NCBI RefSeq assembly: GCF_031769215.1
Contig: NW_026782224.1
Location: forward strand, 620,001-684,000
Source: Ylistrum balloti
Lineage: Eukaryota
Direction: 5' to 3'
DNA: 64,000 nt
The translations under genes and the position numbers were made by a program. Position 1 is the first letter of the stretch. Every line of letters begins with the position of its first letter. This document shows, piece after piece, positions 12,351-26,485 of this stretch. Below the pieces are notes generated by a model, which was not told where the DNA came from, did not search any database, and saw only the letters and a program-made list of their open reading frames with translations.

Positions 12351-15300
12351 AATTCGCTTTTAAATTCACACGTATTCATCATTTCAAAATGTAGTTTACA
12401 ACATTGTCTCTCTGCTACAGTATATTGAATTACTCACATTTACCACCAGTCGGCTATGTAAAATCATTTAATTTATAAATGATTAACGACCAGTTATAAT
12501 TCCACGTGAATATACGTCCCTTTTAACTCGTGCACGTATAATACCTTTCTGAAAATCAGCTCAACAAATTGAAAGTTTAAACAAGTTAGCAACATGCAAG
12601 TGATCTTATCGTAGACTTCTGGGTGTAGTGTATAAGGAATCACGTGACTTGATATTATCCGTCAGGTTGTCATTTTGTGACCTAGGCGGAGAGGAAAAGC
12701 ACGGTCAAATATGTTTATGTGTTTATAGCTCTTGTCAGAGTAATTATTTTTAAGCTTCGTTCGATTTTATTCTAACTTTTTTTTTTTGTCCGCGTTATGT
12801 TTTTCAGGTCCGTTGATGTTTCTAAAATAATGTGAGTAAAGTTAGATTAGTATAAGGCAGACCTTCAGTACGTGTAATTAAATACCGTTAATATAAAATG
12901 TAAATAAACACGTTAACTGCCTGAAACGTTTAGTGATACAGCCAAAATGTCAAGGTAGAATGTCGGCTCTGTAACACAGCAGAAATATTTCATTACTGTC
13001 TGAAGATCCCAACATCCATTATTAATAAGGACATATTGATCAAAGTGTTCAACATATTCTGCTTAGTTACATCTTTTTTATTTATTTTTATTTATTTATT
13101 TATTCATTTTTTTTGCTTGTTTTTTTTTTCGTCATCATATCAATAATTGTATTGCCTACCGTTAGGACAAGACCTTTACCTAGAGTACACCACATGCATC
13201 TATTATCTAACGCTAACTGTGTACTGTCTTAGACTTAAAAATAATACGCCTTACTCAGATCTAAATTCTTTTAATTATATTTTAATGAGGAATTTATGAT
13301 GTCTAAGGATTTTTTTTTAATTTAATACCATATACCCTCAGATATACACAGCTGAATGATGGAACATTCTAATAAATGACAATTCATTTTAAGTGGAGTG
13401 GAGGTAGAACCAATGTCAGATAATATATATACATATGTCGGGGACAACTACATCACCTACAACTTTCCTTGTGTATTTAGTTGCATCGTGAAACTCGAGA
13501 AACATGTGTTTTGATAAAAAAAAAAAGAGCTTGAGTCGGTAACTTTATATGCTGTCTGATGATAGGGGCAGGTTGAAAAGCCATGGTGGTGCTGGAACCA
13601 TATTGATCATAAAGACCGCTTACAACAATGATAAAAGACGTGACATCACTCTATAAAGAGTACTAGTGCGCTTAAATACCAATTGTATAGTCCTAAAACA
13701 AGTGGTTCCTTGATGCAGCCCTGATCCCTCTGATCAATGGTACGTGTGTCTGTGAATACTCCGTCTGTTAGGGAACCTAGGTCGCTGTGGTCTGTTTAAC
13801 AATATATCATAGAATAGAAAACCAGGGTCACGTGGTACCATTGTTTCAGAATACATTGATAGGGTAGTGAAAAGGGTCACATGGTACAATTGTTAAACGA
13901 CATATCGATAGGATGGTAAATTAGGACCACAGGTCATCTAGATTGATTGATTGACAGGTTTTCCGCCTCCGTGACTCCCCACGTGTCCGCGTATTGTCTC
14001 ACGTGACGTGGAGCACTCTTAGTGTTGAAACTTAAACATTATTCGGTTGTGATAAGTAAAACTGGCCTGTTCTTGGGAACCGTATTAAACTTCTCTCCAA
14101 TCATTTCTGTTGCTATTAAAGCTTTCTCTCCAAATTTACTGCTTTTGCATTCATATCGTTAAGCTACAGACGGAGAGGTAAAACTATCGGAATGTGGATT
14201 CACAAGTTTTTTTATAAACTGATATATTTAAATATAGTGTCTTCCGTCATAACAGTTTTCTCTTTCTGCAACACTGTCCTCTTGTTAACATATATTTCGG
14301 ATTGTAAATATTCAGATATGGAAATTTCACACGTTTACCATACAGCTTGGTGGACAGCTGTTCATGTTGGTTTCGTTGAAGGAAAATATCGAGATGGGCA
14401 GCTGATAGCAAAGAGTATGTCGTATCCATGATTTCCAATCCTGATAGGTATACATATTTATACGGTGGACTTGGTCATTTTTTTTTTAATTTACAGACAA
14501 GGCATCTATCTCCAAAAGAAATGAAAGGACTTTGCAAGGTTTTCTGAGCTGTTGTGATAATTTGTACAACAGATTCAGTCTGATATGAAATATAAAAAAT
14601 GTCACCCAAAAGAGTAGCATGGGTCAAAATTTGTCAAAATCTTAGGAAACAGCTTCAGGTATGTCTTTTCATAATAGTCGTAAGACATTCACATTCATCG
14701 CAGAACAGATTTATATTATATAGCATATGTTCAGGATATACTAAGGTTTTATAGTTGGTTGTGATAATGAATATTCCAGCAGACAATAACGAAAACATAC
14801 ATGTAGCTGTCGTTGAACCGTGACACTTTTTGGCTACCATAACCTTGATCTTAGTCATAACGACACATATGAACACATTATCGTTACTTTAAATCTGTCA
14901 TCTGCCCAAATGTTGGCTGGAGTTAATAGAAGATCGTAAGATGGTAAACATTTACTTGTACTTAAATATGATGTCGAACATGTAGGATTCATCTCAGAAA
15001 TTGGTTTGGTAGAGATAAAGTTTCACATAATTACAAAACCTGGGATATATACAACTTAAAACATTCATAAAAACGATGGTTTAAAAAAGATGTCCATGTT
15101 GAAATGCAAACCAGAATAGAACAAATAGGTAAAACATCACAAACTAAATTTGGATACCTCGACGTTTTAGTCCGAGGAATGACGTCAACAAGTCCACTAT
15201 TTTAGGATCTCTTAGTGTCTGTAGGAAAAGAAATACCTGTTAATTTGCACATAATTACATCATCGATTGTGACCAGACAAACTATATATCTGTTTCTGGA

Positions 15301-15463
15301 ACAGTTCATCACGATCCTTATGTATATTTCAACCAGACAAACGGTATGTCTGGTCATCAGCGTCGACAAACTCTAAAAAGGCCATCAGTGTTATAAAACT
15401 TATTCTCTATTACAAATCCAATTTTAACAATATACGTTTGATACAGTGAAAATTATTAAATTT

Positions 15464-15791
15464 NNNNNNNNNNNNNNNNNNNNNNNNNNNNNNNNNNNNN
15501 NNNNNNNNNNNNNNNNNNNNNNNNNNNNNNNNNNNNNNNNNNNNNNNNNNNNNNNNNNNNNNNNNNNNNNNNNNNNNNNNNNNNNNNNNNNNNNNNNNNN
15601 NNNNNNNNNNNNNNNNNNNNNNNNNNNNNNNNNNNNNNNNNNNNNNNNNNNNNNNNNNNNNNNNNNNNNNNNNNNNNNNNNNNNNNNNNNNNNNNNNNNN
15701 NNNNNNNNNNNNNNNNNNNNNNNNNNNNNNNNNNNNNNNNNNNNNNNNNNNNNNNNNNNNNNNNNNNNNNNNNNNNNNNNNNNNNNNNNNN
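15464..15791. other. Assembly gap (328 N)
   Basis: Run of N; the ORFs spanning it are artefacts. Confidence 1.
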
Positions 15792-16202
15792 CGTTTGATA
15801 TTATGATCATTCAGCGGTTGTAAACATCACAAACGAAAAATATTTTAGTACGAATTTGTGATAACAACATCAAAGAACTGTTTCGTCTTTCTAGATAAAA
15901 TATCACAATACGTTCTCTTTGATACTGCCTTGATCACTTTCTGCTAACTTAACCTGGTGAGTTTTCTAAAGTGTCAGTACATTCGTTATTTGTTGTTTGT
16001 AATCTTTGAATATTAAAAGAAATAAAATATTGGTAGTATTGCATTTTTATCCACAAGGCCTCGCAGTATTTATTGTTATCAAAGAATGAATCTGTGCTGA
16101 GAAATCATGAATTGTGGTCGAATTTTTATATCTGATTCAGCTGTGTCAAGTGACAAACGATTACACGATATTGCAAGGATTTGTTCGAACTAATTGAGAA
16201 AC

Positions 16203-16985
16203 ATACGGAGGACGAAATCATAAAATCATTCGCTGGCCGAGTTTTTTTTATACGATGAAGACTTTGTCGAAGGGCTTATCGCAACAAGTGACAAAGACCT
16301 TGCTAAGTCGTTTAATTTCACATTCAGATATATTGATGACGTCTTGCTTTCAGGTAACAAGAAATTTATTGACTATCGTATATACATGTACCCTCCTGAG
16401 TTTGAAATCGAAGACACGACAGACTCTTCTATACCACTCGCTTATCTCCATCTTTTCTTTCCACCAAATAAAGATCGACATCTTCCTATTAAGCTGTACA
16501 ATAAGCGTAATGATTTCAGTATTCCTACTTTGAATGTTCCATTTCTGGATTGCAACATCTCTGCATTCCCAACCTATATTAATTACATGTTGATTCGGTA
16601 TTCATGGACTTGTTTTGAATGCCAACACATTTTCGTGCAAAATATCGACAGCTGGCAGAAAAACTCACAACACATGGTTTCACCAGAATTCAGATCGATG
16701 AAAGTTATATGGAAGTTTCATGGTCTCATTGAGAAACATTATTTTTCTTTGTGCAATATGAAGATGCATTTGTGGAACCCTCGTTAGATGGCTTGTACTC
16801 GTTTTGGAATGTGATATTGCCTATTTGGATTGGCTATGATTTACTTGATGCGTGTCGTCGATGGGGCAGAAGACACTTACTCTTCCGGAACACTTTACTT
16901 TGTTCGTACTTTTTTTGCGTCTCTGTGTAATATCTTTTATTCATTTATCATTATTATCCGAGTTTGGGTTATGATTCTGTTAACA
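16203..16985 (+). mobile_element. 5'-truncated, decayed Penelope-like retroelement: RT core/thumb plus 3' tail
   Basis: The frame of ORF 16344-16787 extends upstream to give SLAEFFLYDEDFVEGL...LAKSFNFTFRYIDDVLL...YPPEFEIEDTTDS...KLYNKRNDFS...NVPFLDCNI...LIRYSWTC, the catalytic YIDD and thumb motifs of invertebrate Penelope-like RTs (Naiad/Chlamys type by my recollection). KHTEDEIIK just upstream is joined by a deletion/frameshift. Confidence 0.9.
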
Positions 16986-17905
16986 GGTTGATCAATTCTG
17001 ATTCAATAAATTTTGTGCTTAAAACACGAAAAAATGCGTAATACACTTGCAATGACATAAATGGTAATCAATACTTAACAACATTGAGCCTAATCATATT
17101 TCAAACTCAAATTCAATAAAACTTGGGCCAGATATGAACAAAAAGATTTTCGTGGAAACTCCTGATAAAATACAAGAGATGCATTCTAATTGTTTCAACA
17201 TCTACTTACGCTCCGACAAGCCATTAAAAAACTTTCCCCATACATGTATGCCCTTCCCGTACTAACAGGAGTCATTTCCTCCCTATCACGAATCTTTTCC
17301 GCCCCGAGACATTTCCATTCAGCTACGTGCAGCTCCCAGTATTGTTCCAATGTCACCGTCAGACCGTTGTTTCGAATGTCTGCTTTCTGTCCAATCTATC
17401 GTTTGACTTGGCTGACCTATATATTTGTTATGTTACCAGCAGGAATGAGACCTCTAGTATGGTGTTATCTAATTACGGTAGGTGTTATATTTGTTTGGAA
17501 GATCACCATAGACCAGTCACCTACAGTCACCCAGACAGTCATACGCAGTGCCTGAAAACACAATAGCGTCTAGTACACTCGATACTATCGCAACAAAAAA
17601 ATAAAATAAAACAAAACAAACGAAAAACAATGTAATTTGGACCTAGATTCCTGACAAGTTGGATTTATATTTCTTCTGTAATTTCGTTTATTTTGTTTGT
17701 TTAATTGTCTTCCAAACGAATCGCTTTCTTTCATTGATGTAACAGTGGTTAACGCCTTTTGATCTGAGATATGTTGTAAACCACGGCTGGATGACTAATT
17801 TTACCTTCTGAATTATTGGTGAGACAAGAAGACCACCAAGATGTGTTCTGTACAGAAAGGTAACTATCACTATTGCTAAAACCGTTAGTGATGACTTTCG
17901 CTAAA

Positions 17906-18461
17906 AGTTCGAATAAATTCTGTACCTGGAGGCTTCCTTACATACAACAGACATTGACACAGTTTGAATAAATTCTGTACCTGGGGGCTTCCTTACATAC
18001 AACAGACATTGACACAGTTTGAATAAATTCTGTACCTGGAGGCTTCCTTACATACAACAGACATTGACACAGTTTGAATAAATTCTGTACCTGAAGGCTT
18101 CCTTACATACAACAGACATTGACACAGTTTGAATAAATTCTGTACCTGGGGGCTTCCTTACATACAACTGACATTGACACAGTTTGAATAAATTCTGTAC
18201 CTGGAGGCTTCCTTACATACAACAGACATTGACACAGTTTGAATAAATTCTGTACCTGGGGGCTTCCTTACATACAACAGACATTGACACAGTTTGAATA
18301 AATTCTGTACCTGGGGGCTTCCTTACATACAACAGACATTGACACAGTTTGAATAAATTCTGTACCTGGAGGCTTCCTTACATACAACAGACATTGACAC
18401 AGTTTGAATAAATTCTGTACCTGGGGGCTTCCTTACATACCACAGACATTGACACAGTTTG
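17906..18461. repeat. 55-bp minisatellite, ~10 copies
   Basis: Unit GTTTGAATAAATTCTGTACCTGG(A/G)GGCTTCCTTACATACAACAGACATTGACACA. Confidence 0.97.
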
Positions 18462-18491
18462 CTAAAGATGGTTTGCAATATCAATTTGGTC

Positions 18492-20614
18492 TTTGGTGTA
18501 GGGTGTTTATATTATGGGTACGTTATTTGGTGTAGGGTGTTTACATTATGGGTACGTTATTTAGTGTAGGGTGTTTATATTATGGGTACGTTATTTAGTG
18601 TAGGGTGTTTATATTATGGGTACGGTATTTAGTGTAGGGTGTTTATATTATGGGTACGTTATTTGGTGTAGGGTGTTTATATTATGGGTACGTTATTTAG
18701 TGTAGGGTGTTTATATTATGGGTACGTTATTTGGTGTAGGGTGTTTACATTATGGGTACGTTATTTGATGTAGGGTGTTTATATTATGGGTACGTTATTT
18801 AATGTTGAGTGTTTATATTATGGGTACGTTACTTAGTGTAGGGTGTTTATATTATGGGTTTAAATTATGGGTACGTTATTTGATGTAGGGTGTTTATATT
18901 ATGGGTACGTGTAGGGTGTTTGATGTTATTTGGTGTAGGGTGTTTATATTTACGTTATTTGTGTAGGGTGTTTACATTATATTATAGGGTGTTTATATTA
19001 CGTTATTTGATGTAGGGTGTTTATATTATGGGTACGTTATTTAATGTTGAGTGTTTATATTATGGGTACGTTACTTAGTGTAGGGTGTTTATATTATGGG
19101 TACGGTATTTGGTGTAGGGTGTTTACATTATGGGTACGTTATTTGGTGTAGGGTGTTTACATTATGGGTACGTTATTTGGTGTAGGGTGTTTATATTATG
19201 GGTACGTTATTTGGTGTAGGGTGTTTATATTATGGGTACGTTATTTGGTGTAGGGTGTTTACATTATGGGTACGTTATTTGGTGTAGGGTGTTTATATTA
19301 TGGGTACGGTATTTGGTGTAGGGTGTTTATATTATGGGTACGTTATTTGATGTAGGGTGTTTATATTATGGGTACGTTATTTAGTGTAGGGTGTTTATAT
19401 TATGGGTACGTTATTTGGTGTAGGGTGTTTATATTATGGGTACGTTATTTGGTGTAGGGTGTTTCCATTATGGGTACGTTATTTAGTGTAGGGTGTTTAT
19501 ATTATGGGTACGTTATTTGGTGTAGGGTGTTTACATTATGGGTACGTTATTTAGTGTAGGGTGTTTATATTATGGGTACGTTATTTGGTGTAGGGTGTTT
19601 ACATTATGGGTACGTTATTTAGTGTAGGGTGTTTATATTATGGGTACGTTATTTGATGTAGGTTGTTTATATTATGGGTACGTTATTTGGTGTAGGGTGT
19701 TTATATTATGGGTACGTTATTTGGTGTAGGGTGTTTATATTATGGGTACGTTATTTGGTGTAGGGTGTTTCCATTATGGGTACGTTATTTAGTGTAGGGT
19801 GTTTATATTATGGGTACGTTATTTGGTGTAGGGTGTTTATATTATGGGTACGTTATTTGGTGTAGGGTGTTTATATTATGGGTACGTTATTTGATGTATG
19901 GTGTTTATATTATGGGTACGTTATTTGGTGTAGGGTGTTTATATTATGGGTACGTTATTTGGTGTAGGGTGTTTATATTATGGGTACGTTATTTGGTGTA
20001 GGGTGTTTATATTATGGGTACGTTATTTGGTGTAGGGTGTTTATATTATGGGTACGTTATTTGGTGTAGGGTGTTTATATTATGGGTACGTTATTTAGTG
20101 TAGGGTGTTTATATTATGGGTACGTTATTTGGTGTAGGGTGTTTATATTATGGGTACGTTATTTAGTGTAGGGTGTTTATATTATGGGTACGTTATTTAG
20201 TGTAGGGTGTTTATATTATGGGTACGTTATTTGGTGTAGGGTGTTTATATTATGGGTACGTTATTTAGTGTAGGGTGTTTATATTATGGGTACGTTATTT
20301 GGTGTAGGGTGTTTATATTATGGTACGTTATTTAGTGTAGGGTGTTTATATTATGGGTACGTTATTTAGTGTAGGGTGTTTATATTATGGGTACGTTATT
20401 TGGTGTAGGGTGTTTATATTATGGGTACGTTATTTGGTGTAGGGTGTTTACATTATGGGTACGTTATTTGGTGTAGGGTGTTTACAATATGGGTACGTTA
20501 TTTGGTGTAGGGTGTTTATATTATGGGTACGTTATTTAGTGTAGGGTGTTTATATTATGGGTACCATTATGGGTACGTTATTTAGTGTAGGGTGTTTATA
20601 TTATGGGTACGTTA
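18492..20614. repeat. 34-bp minisatellite, ~62 copies
   Basis: Unit TAGGGTGTTTATATTATGGGTACGTTATTTGGTG; a scrambled patch lies near 18860-19010. Confidence 0.98.
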
Positions 20615-20894
20615 ACTTCTGGAAGCTCAGAGTCCCTGCTGGCCTTGGCTAGAGGGAAAGGCTTGATAAATCACAGCTGTGTCGTCACAACCTACTATCA
20701 TCTTGAATAAATGCAATATCATAACTTTTATGACTTTGTCGAGAGCACTATCAATATTTAATCACATGTCTTGCTAGAAATCAATATGACTTAGACGGAT
20801 AATTGGTCATTTACTGACAGCTGTCCGCGGAAGATCAATACGATAATATCCCCCTTCACCAAGAAAGCCATTGTATAATCGTCCTGGAATTTGT

Positions 20895-21430
20895 TAAAAC
20901 ACTGATTTTCTCGGTGATGAATTTGAGTTCTGTTGGAAAATTATTTTTTTCGGTGATAATTTCAAAGTCTACTCGGACATTAATTGTTCGGTGGTTAATT
21001 CGACGTCCGTTAGAACATTGATTTTTCTGTGGTTATTTTGAAGTCCGTTAGAACATTGATTTGTTTGGTGATAGTTTCAATGTCTGTTAAGACATTGATT
21101 TTCCTGTGATCATTTCGAGGACTGTTAAGACAATGATTTTCGTTGATAGTCATGAGGTCTGTTAAGAACACTGATTTTTTCGGTGATAATTTTGAGGACT
21201 GTTAAGACAATGATTTTCGTTGATAGTCATGAGGAGTGTTAATAACACTGATTTTTTCGGTGATAATTTTGAGGACTGTTAAGACAATGATTTTCGTTGA
21301 TAGTCATGAGGAGTGTTAATAACTCTGATTTTTTCGGTGATCATTTCGAGGACTGTTAAGACAATGATTTTCGTTGATAGTCATGAGGTGTGTTAAGAAC
21401 ACTGATTGTTCTGTTAAAATTTTAAAGTCT
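20895..21430. repeat. Degenerate ~38-bp repeat organised as a 77-bp dimer
   Basis: ACTGTTAAGA at 21121, 21198, 21275 and 21352; related older copies lie on both sides. Confidence 0.85.
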
Positions 21431-22581
21431 TTTATGACACTGAATACCCGTTAAAGTCTGGTGACGAAAATGAAAAACATATAGATCATACTTGAAATGT
21501 CAGCTTTAACCAGATGTTTGCGGCGATTTAAGATTGATCTATCATCTCCCAGGTGTATACCGTGGCTCTCAAATCCAATCTGCTATTTACTTGGGTTGAA
21601 ACTGTGTTTTTCCTTACCATGAAAACTTCGTAATTAATCATTACCTAAAAACAATTAAATACAAAGAGAGATACCGCAGCTAAGTTGACGACCATTACAC
21701 ATGTACCCATATGATTACAATATGATAGCTTCCGAATTTCCAATTGCTTTCCCAACCAAAAGTGTAACATACCGTAGTGTATTTGTTACATAAGGCCCCG
21801 TCGTAAGTATCACAGTATCCGTTGAATGTATTGATAGCTGATGTGAAATCGAGCAGCATCGTTATTTCGAGTGTAGACTGCGAGATAACAGGGAAAATAT
21901 ATACGCCGTCATAATCTCATTTCGAAACACTCAATGTGCAGTATGAGATAATGGACAGTTGTTAACTTGATGGTTTCTGTGTCTCTTCCCCGACACACAT
22001 TTTGAGGTCATGAAAATACTCAGATTGATCAAGATTTATACTGATCGATGAAGCAGAACATGTGGTATAGTATTTAGTGCCTCTGATGATGAGAAATGTT
22101 TAGTTATAATACATTTTATAACTTTTTAGTTGGTATATAAACACACAAACTAAAAGACAGCGCTTGGGATATCTTACATGAATCTGGTTAGTCACCACAA
22201 AACCGTAAATTGTCAAAATGACCTTATCTAAACACATAATTACACACACAGTACAGATAGATGTTCTGGATCTCAATCAGCGATCAAACAGGACACGTTA
22301 ACATCATCTTTGTGTTTTACTGCCGTGTGAACTTCCTGAGATACCACCGATCTGATAATTACTATTGACGGTGTGGCTTTATATTAAACCGTAATAGTGA
22401 AGATTTCTGTCGGAATTAACGGGTGTGCTTGTCTTATCGATTTTACTGATGTAAACAGTGAGTAAAGGTTTATCTTGATCATTTCTGCCGCACTAGAACA
22501 TTGCATACATCGTATCTAATTAAAAAGTGGCTTTTCAGAAAATGTGGTAAGTCTTCTTGAAATGAAACCTCTATAATTCGA

Positions 22582-23768
22582 TGTCTAGTTCACCTGTAGT
22601 TTGATATCTAGTCCACCTGTAGTTCAATATCTAGTTCACCTGTAGTTCAATATCAAGTTCACCTGTAGTTCAATATCTAGTTCATCTGTAGTTTGATATC
22701 TAGTTCACCTGTAGTTTGATATCTAGTTCACCTGTAGTTTGATATCTAGTTCACCTGTAGTTTGATATCTAGTTCACCTGTAATTTGATATCTGGTTCAG
22801 CTGTAGTTTGATATATAGTCTACTTGTAGTTTCATATCTAGTTCACTTGTAGTTTGATATCTAGTTCACCTGTAGTTTGATATCTAGTCCACCTGTAGTT
22901 TGATATCTAGTCCACCTGTAGTTTGATATCTAGTCCACCTGTAGTTTGATGTATAGTCCGCCTGTAGTTTGATATCTAGTTTACCTGTAGTTTGATATCT
23001 AGTTCACCTGTAGTTTGATATCTGGTTCACCTGTAGTTTGATATATAGTCTACTTGTAGTTTTATATCTAGTTCACTTGTAGTTTGATATCTAGTTCACC
23101 TGTAGTTTGATATCTAGTCTACCTGTAGTTTGATATCTAGTTCACCTGTAGTTTGATATCTAGTCCACCTGTAGTTCAATATCTAGTTCACCTGTAGTTC
23201 AATATCAAGTTCACCTGTAGTTCAATATCTAGTTCATCTGTAGTTTGATATCTAGTTCACCTGTAGTTTGATATCTAGTTCACCTGTATTTTGATATCTG
23301 GTTCACCTGTAGTTTGATATATAGTCTACTTGTAGTTTCATATCTAGTTCACTTGTAGTTTGATATCTAGTTCACCTGTAGTTTGATATGTATAGTCCGC
23401 CTGTAGTTTGATATCTAGTCCACCTGTAGTTCAATATCTAGTTCACCTGTAGTTCAATATCAAGTTCACCTGTAGTTCAATATCTAGTTCATCTGTAGTT
23501 TGATATCTAGTTCACCTGTAGTTTGATATCTAGTTCACCTGTTGTTTGATATCTGGTTCACTTGTAGTTTGATATATAGTCTACTTGTAGTTTTATATCT
23601 AGTTCACTTGTAGTTTGATATCTAGTTCACCTGTAGTTTGATATCTAGTCTACCTGTAGTTTGATATCTAGTTCACCTGTAGTTTGATATATAGTCCACC
23701 TGTAGTTTGATATCTAGTCCACCTGTAGTTTGATATCTAGTCCACCTGTAGTTTGATATTTTGTTCAC
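22582..23768. repeat. 23-bp minisatellite, ~51 copies, with block duplications
   Basis: Unit CTAGTTCACCTGTAGTTTGATAT; the variant TATCAAG recurs at 22651, 23203 and 23458. Confidence 0.97.
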
Positions 23769-26080
23769 GTATTACAGTTTGAATGCAGAACAAATAATTA
23801 TTACATCTATTGTCGACCTTGACGAACCATGTTGTGAATTGAGTTCTTTACAGGTTTTAAGAGTCTGATATCACAAAACATCAATTCACTTTTGTGCAAA
23901 TTTTATACTGATATCAATTCTCAGATTACACAGCTGCACAGTGTCTGGCTGACGCAGCCAAACGTCTGTTGTGTGTTGACATATAACTCACTTATTTATC
24001 TGTTGTCTGTCGACTCCACAGATACAATATTGTTTTATCTTGTTCAAGCCGACCTGTAATATCTATTGTATGCAACGATCAACATCACTTTAGTTTAATG
24101 TCATCATGGCCGCGTCGTCTTTCCTCCGACGTCGTGTGCCATCCGCCGTGCAAAAACGTTTACATATTCAAATTCCATAAGTAGGATTGAGCTTGTCTGA
24201 AATGATCCTAGGATAGTCCTGAGTGTTGTGATATTTTGGGTCAATCCGAAAACCAATATGGCCTCAATCTTAAACGATTATAACATTGTTAGCGTTGAAT
24301 TGATAGGGGCTGTTAAAGAAAGGGAGGCCATTAAAAGCTATTAGTTTTCGGTCTCATTAACAACATGCCTTTTTGTAACAATCATTGCTTCCGTGCACAT
24401 GACATATTTTAAACATCTTCTGAAGTTCAACACATTGAAATTAGCTGAAACTTGCCTGAAATGACCCTGAGATGGTCCTGACCAAGAATTGGTGTTTTTT
24501 CGCTTCAATTTAAAATACAATATGGCTGCTGTTGTCTCAAGATTAAAACACATTTGACTACAAGTACCGCTGACGCAAATGTGCTAAATTTTGTGAGGAT
24601 GAATCTCCAATAAAAAGTGCTATTCTGCTGAGTATTCCGAACTGTTTTCAACATTCATAAAATGTTCCTACCACTATTGCTGATGGTACATCCTATGTAG
24701 GTCTTTAAAGTGCAATAACCGTTAAGGCCCATGGAACTATGTTTCTATTCTTTGTAAAGCTCAATTCGATACCTTATAACGAAGGAAATTAACTATAAAA
24801 TGTGACAACTGTGACTTCCTTCAAAACAATCGTGACCAATTTCTGAAGTCAGCTAGTGCTGAAGTTCTGCGGTGGAGTTCAAGTGGTTCGTGTTGCTACA
24901 GTTTGTACTGCTGCGCTAGCCAGGGCCATGAAAGGCCATATTTTAGCTCAACCATTCTCACGGTGACTAATAAATTACAAGTTGATCAAATTAGGGTACT
25001 TAAACGGGCCCGACGAGAAATTCCAACAGATATTATGTCCGACCCAGACATAATAGGTTCTCGATGGCCCATCCGCAAATATTTTTGCATGATTAATAAA
25101 ACCTCAAAGATCAAGTCAGTGTATTCATTCTCGGGCCATGTTGCAGAAGTCTTTCAACGACATTTTGGGGTTGGCAAGGAGATTTGGCCGATTTAACTGA
25201 CCTCTGATGCGATAACCTTGTAGTTCTAATTTACATCCGATCTCATTTCACGTGAACATTAATTATTTATATTTCATTTAAGAGTAACCTGATTACCTCT
25301 CACGTTGTTGACTTACACGGGATCTTCATGGAGGTAATGCCTTTGTTTGAAGAACCAGAACATAAAGATTCCGTTCCATACTATGCACAACGGACAGTCA
25401 TACCGAAATATCGAAATTCGTTTTGAAAACGTAATAGTTTTTGTGTGTCTGGATGCAGTAATATTAATGTTCAGCAAGACTCTTCCTTTAAACTATACCT
25501 AATATTAGCCAGCTAAATAGAAATGTTATACAGGGAAACAAAAAAATCATAGACAAGCTTTGTCGTCACCCGTCCTAACAGTGAAAAACAACATAGAGTA
25601 GATATTGAATAGTCTTATCTATTAGAAATATATGTATCGCAATAGGGATAGATATTGCGCGTGATTATGACGGATCTATCGAAGTGAAATCGTCTCATGT
25701 GTGTACATGATGTGTATTTACAATATCTTTAACAGTGTAGGGCGTTTTTATAAATTATAACCGTACTTTTAAACATACGTTTATGATGTTGTATTTATAG
25801 ACAGAAGAAAAATATTTCAGATCTTATATTTGGAAAATAAGAGAAAAATGTAGACTTGTATGAATATATATGATCATCGGTGACTTTATCAGTATAATTA
25901 TAGATTACTTAATATAACAAGGGTGTAGATTATCTTTATTTATTGAAATACGTTTTGTTATGATACTGTCATATTCACCGTAACCCTAACAGTCCGTGTT
26001 TTGTTCCCTTAAATTGAATAATATAAGATTTGCTTGTTATCATATCCCAGTTAATATAATGCATAGATAATTGATGTGGA

Positions 26081-26485
26081 CTTCCGAACGTCTGACTAGT
26101 CTTAGTCTTCCAAACGTCTGATCAGTCTTAGCCTTGCGAACGTCTGTCTAGTCTTAGCCTTCCGAACGTCTGACTAGTCTTAGCCTTCCGAACGTCTGAC
26201 TAGTCTTAGTCTTCCAAACGTCTGATCAGTCTTAGTCTTCCAAACGTCTGATCAGTCTTAGTCTTCCAAACGTCTGACTAGTCTTAGCCTTCCGAACGTC
26301 TGATCAGTCTTAGCCTTCCGAACGTCTGACTAGTCTTAGCTTTCCGAACGTCTGATCAGTCTTAGCCTTCCGAACGTCTGATCAGTCTTAGCTTTCCGAA
26401 CGTCTGACTAGTCTTAGCCTTCCGAACGTCTAACTTGTCTTAGTCTTCCGAATGTCTAACCAGTCTTAGCCTTCCGAACGTCTGA
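26081..26485. repeat. 26-bp minisatellite, ~15 copies
   Basis: Unit CTTCCGAACGTCTGA(CT/TC)AGTCTTAGC. Confidence 0.96.

Noticed and set aside
15315-15365. Minus-strand hammerhead (CTGATGA-hairpin-TTGAAA)
   Set aside because: A two-nt insertion precedes GAAA, the G-C closing pair is missing and no stem I can form.
15424-15823. ORFs containing X runs (also 41417-41869)
   Set aside because: Artefacts of N gaps.
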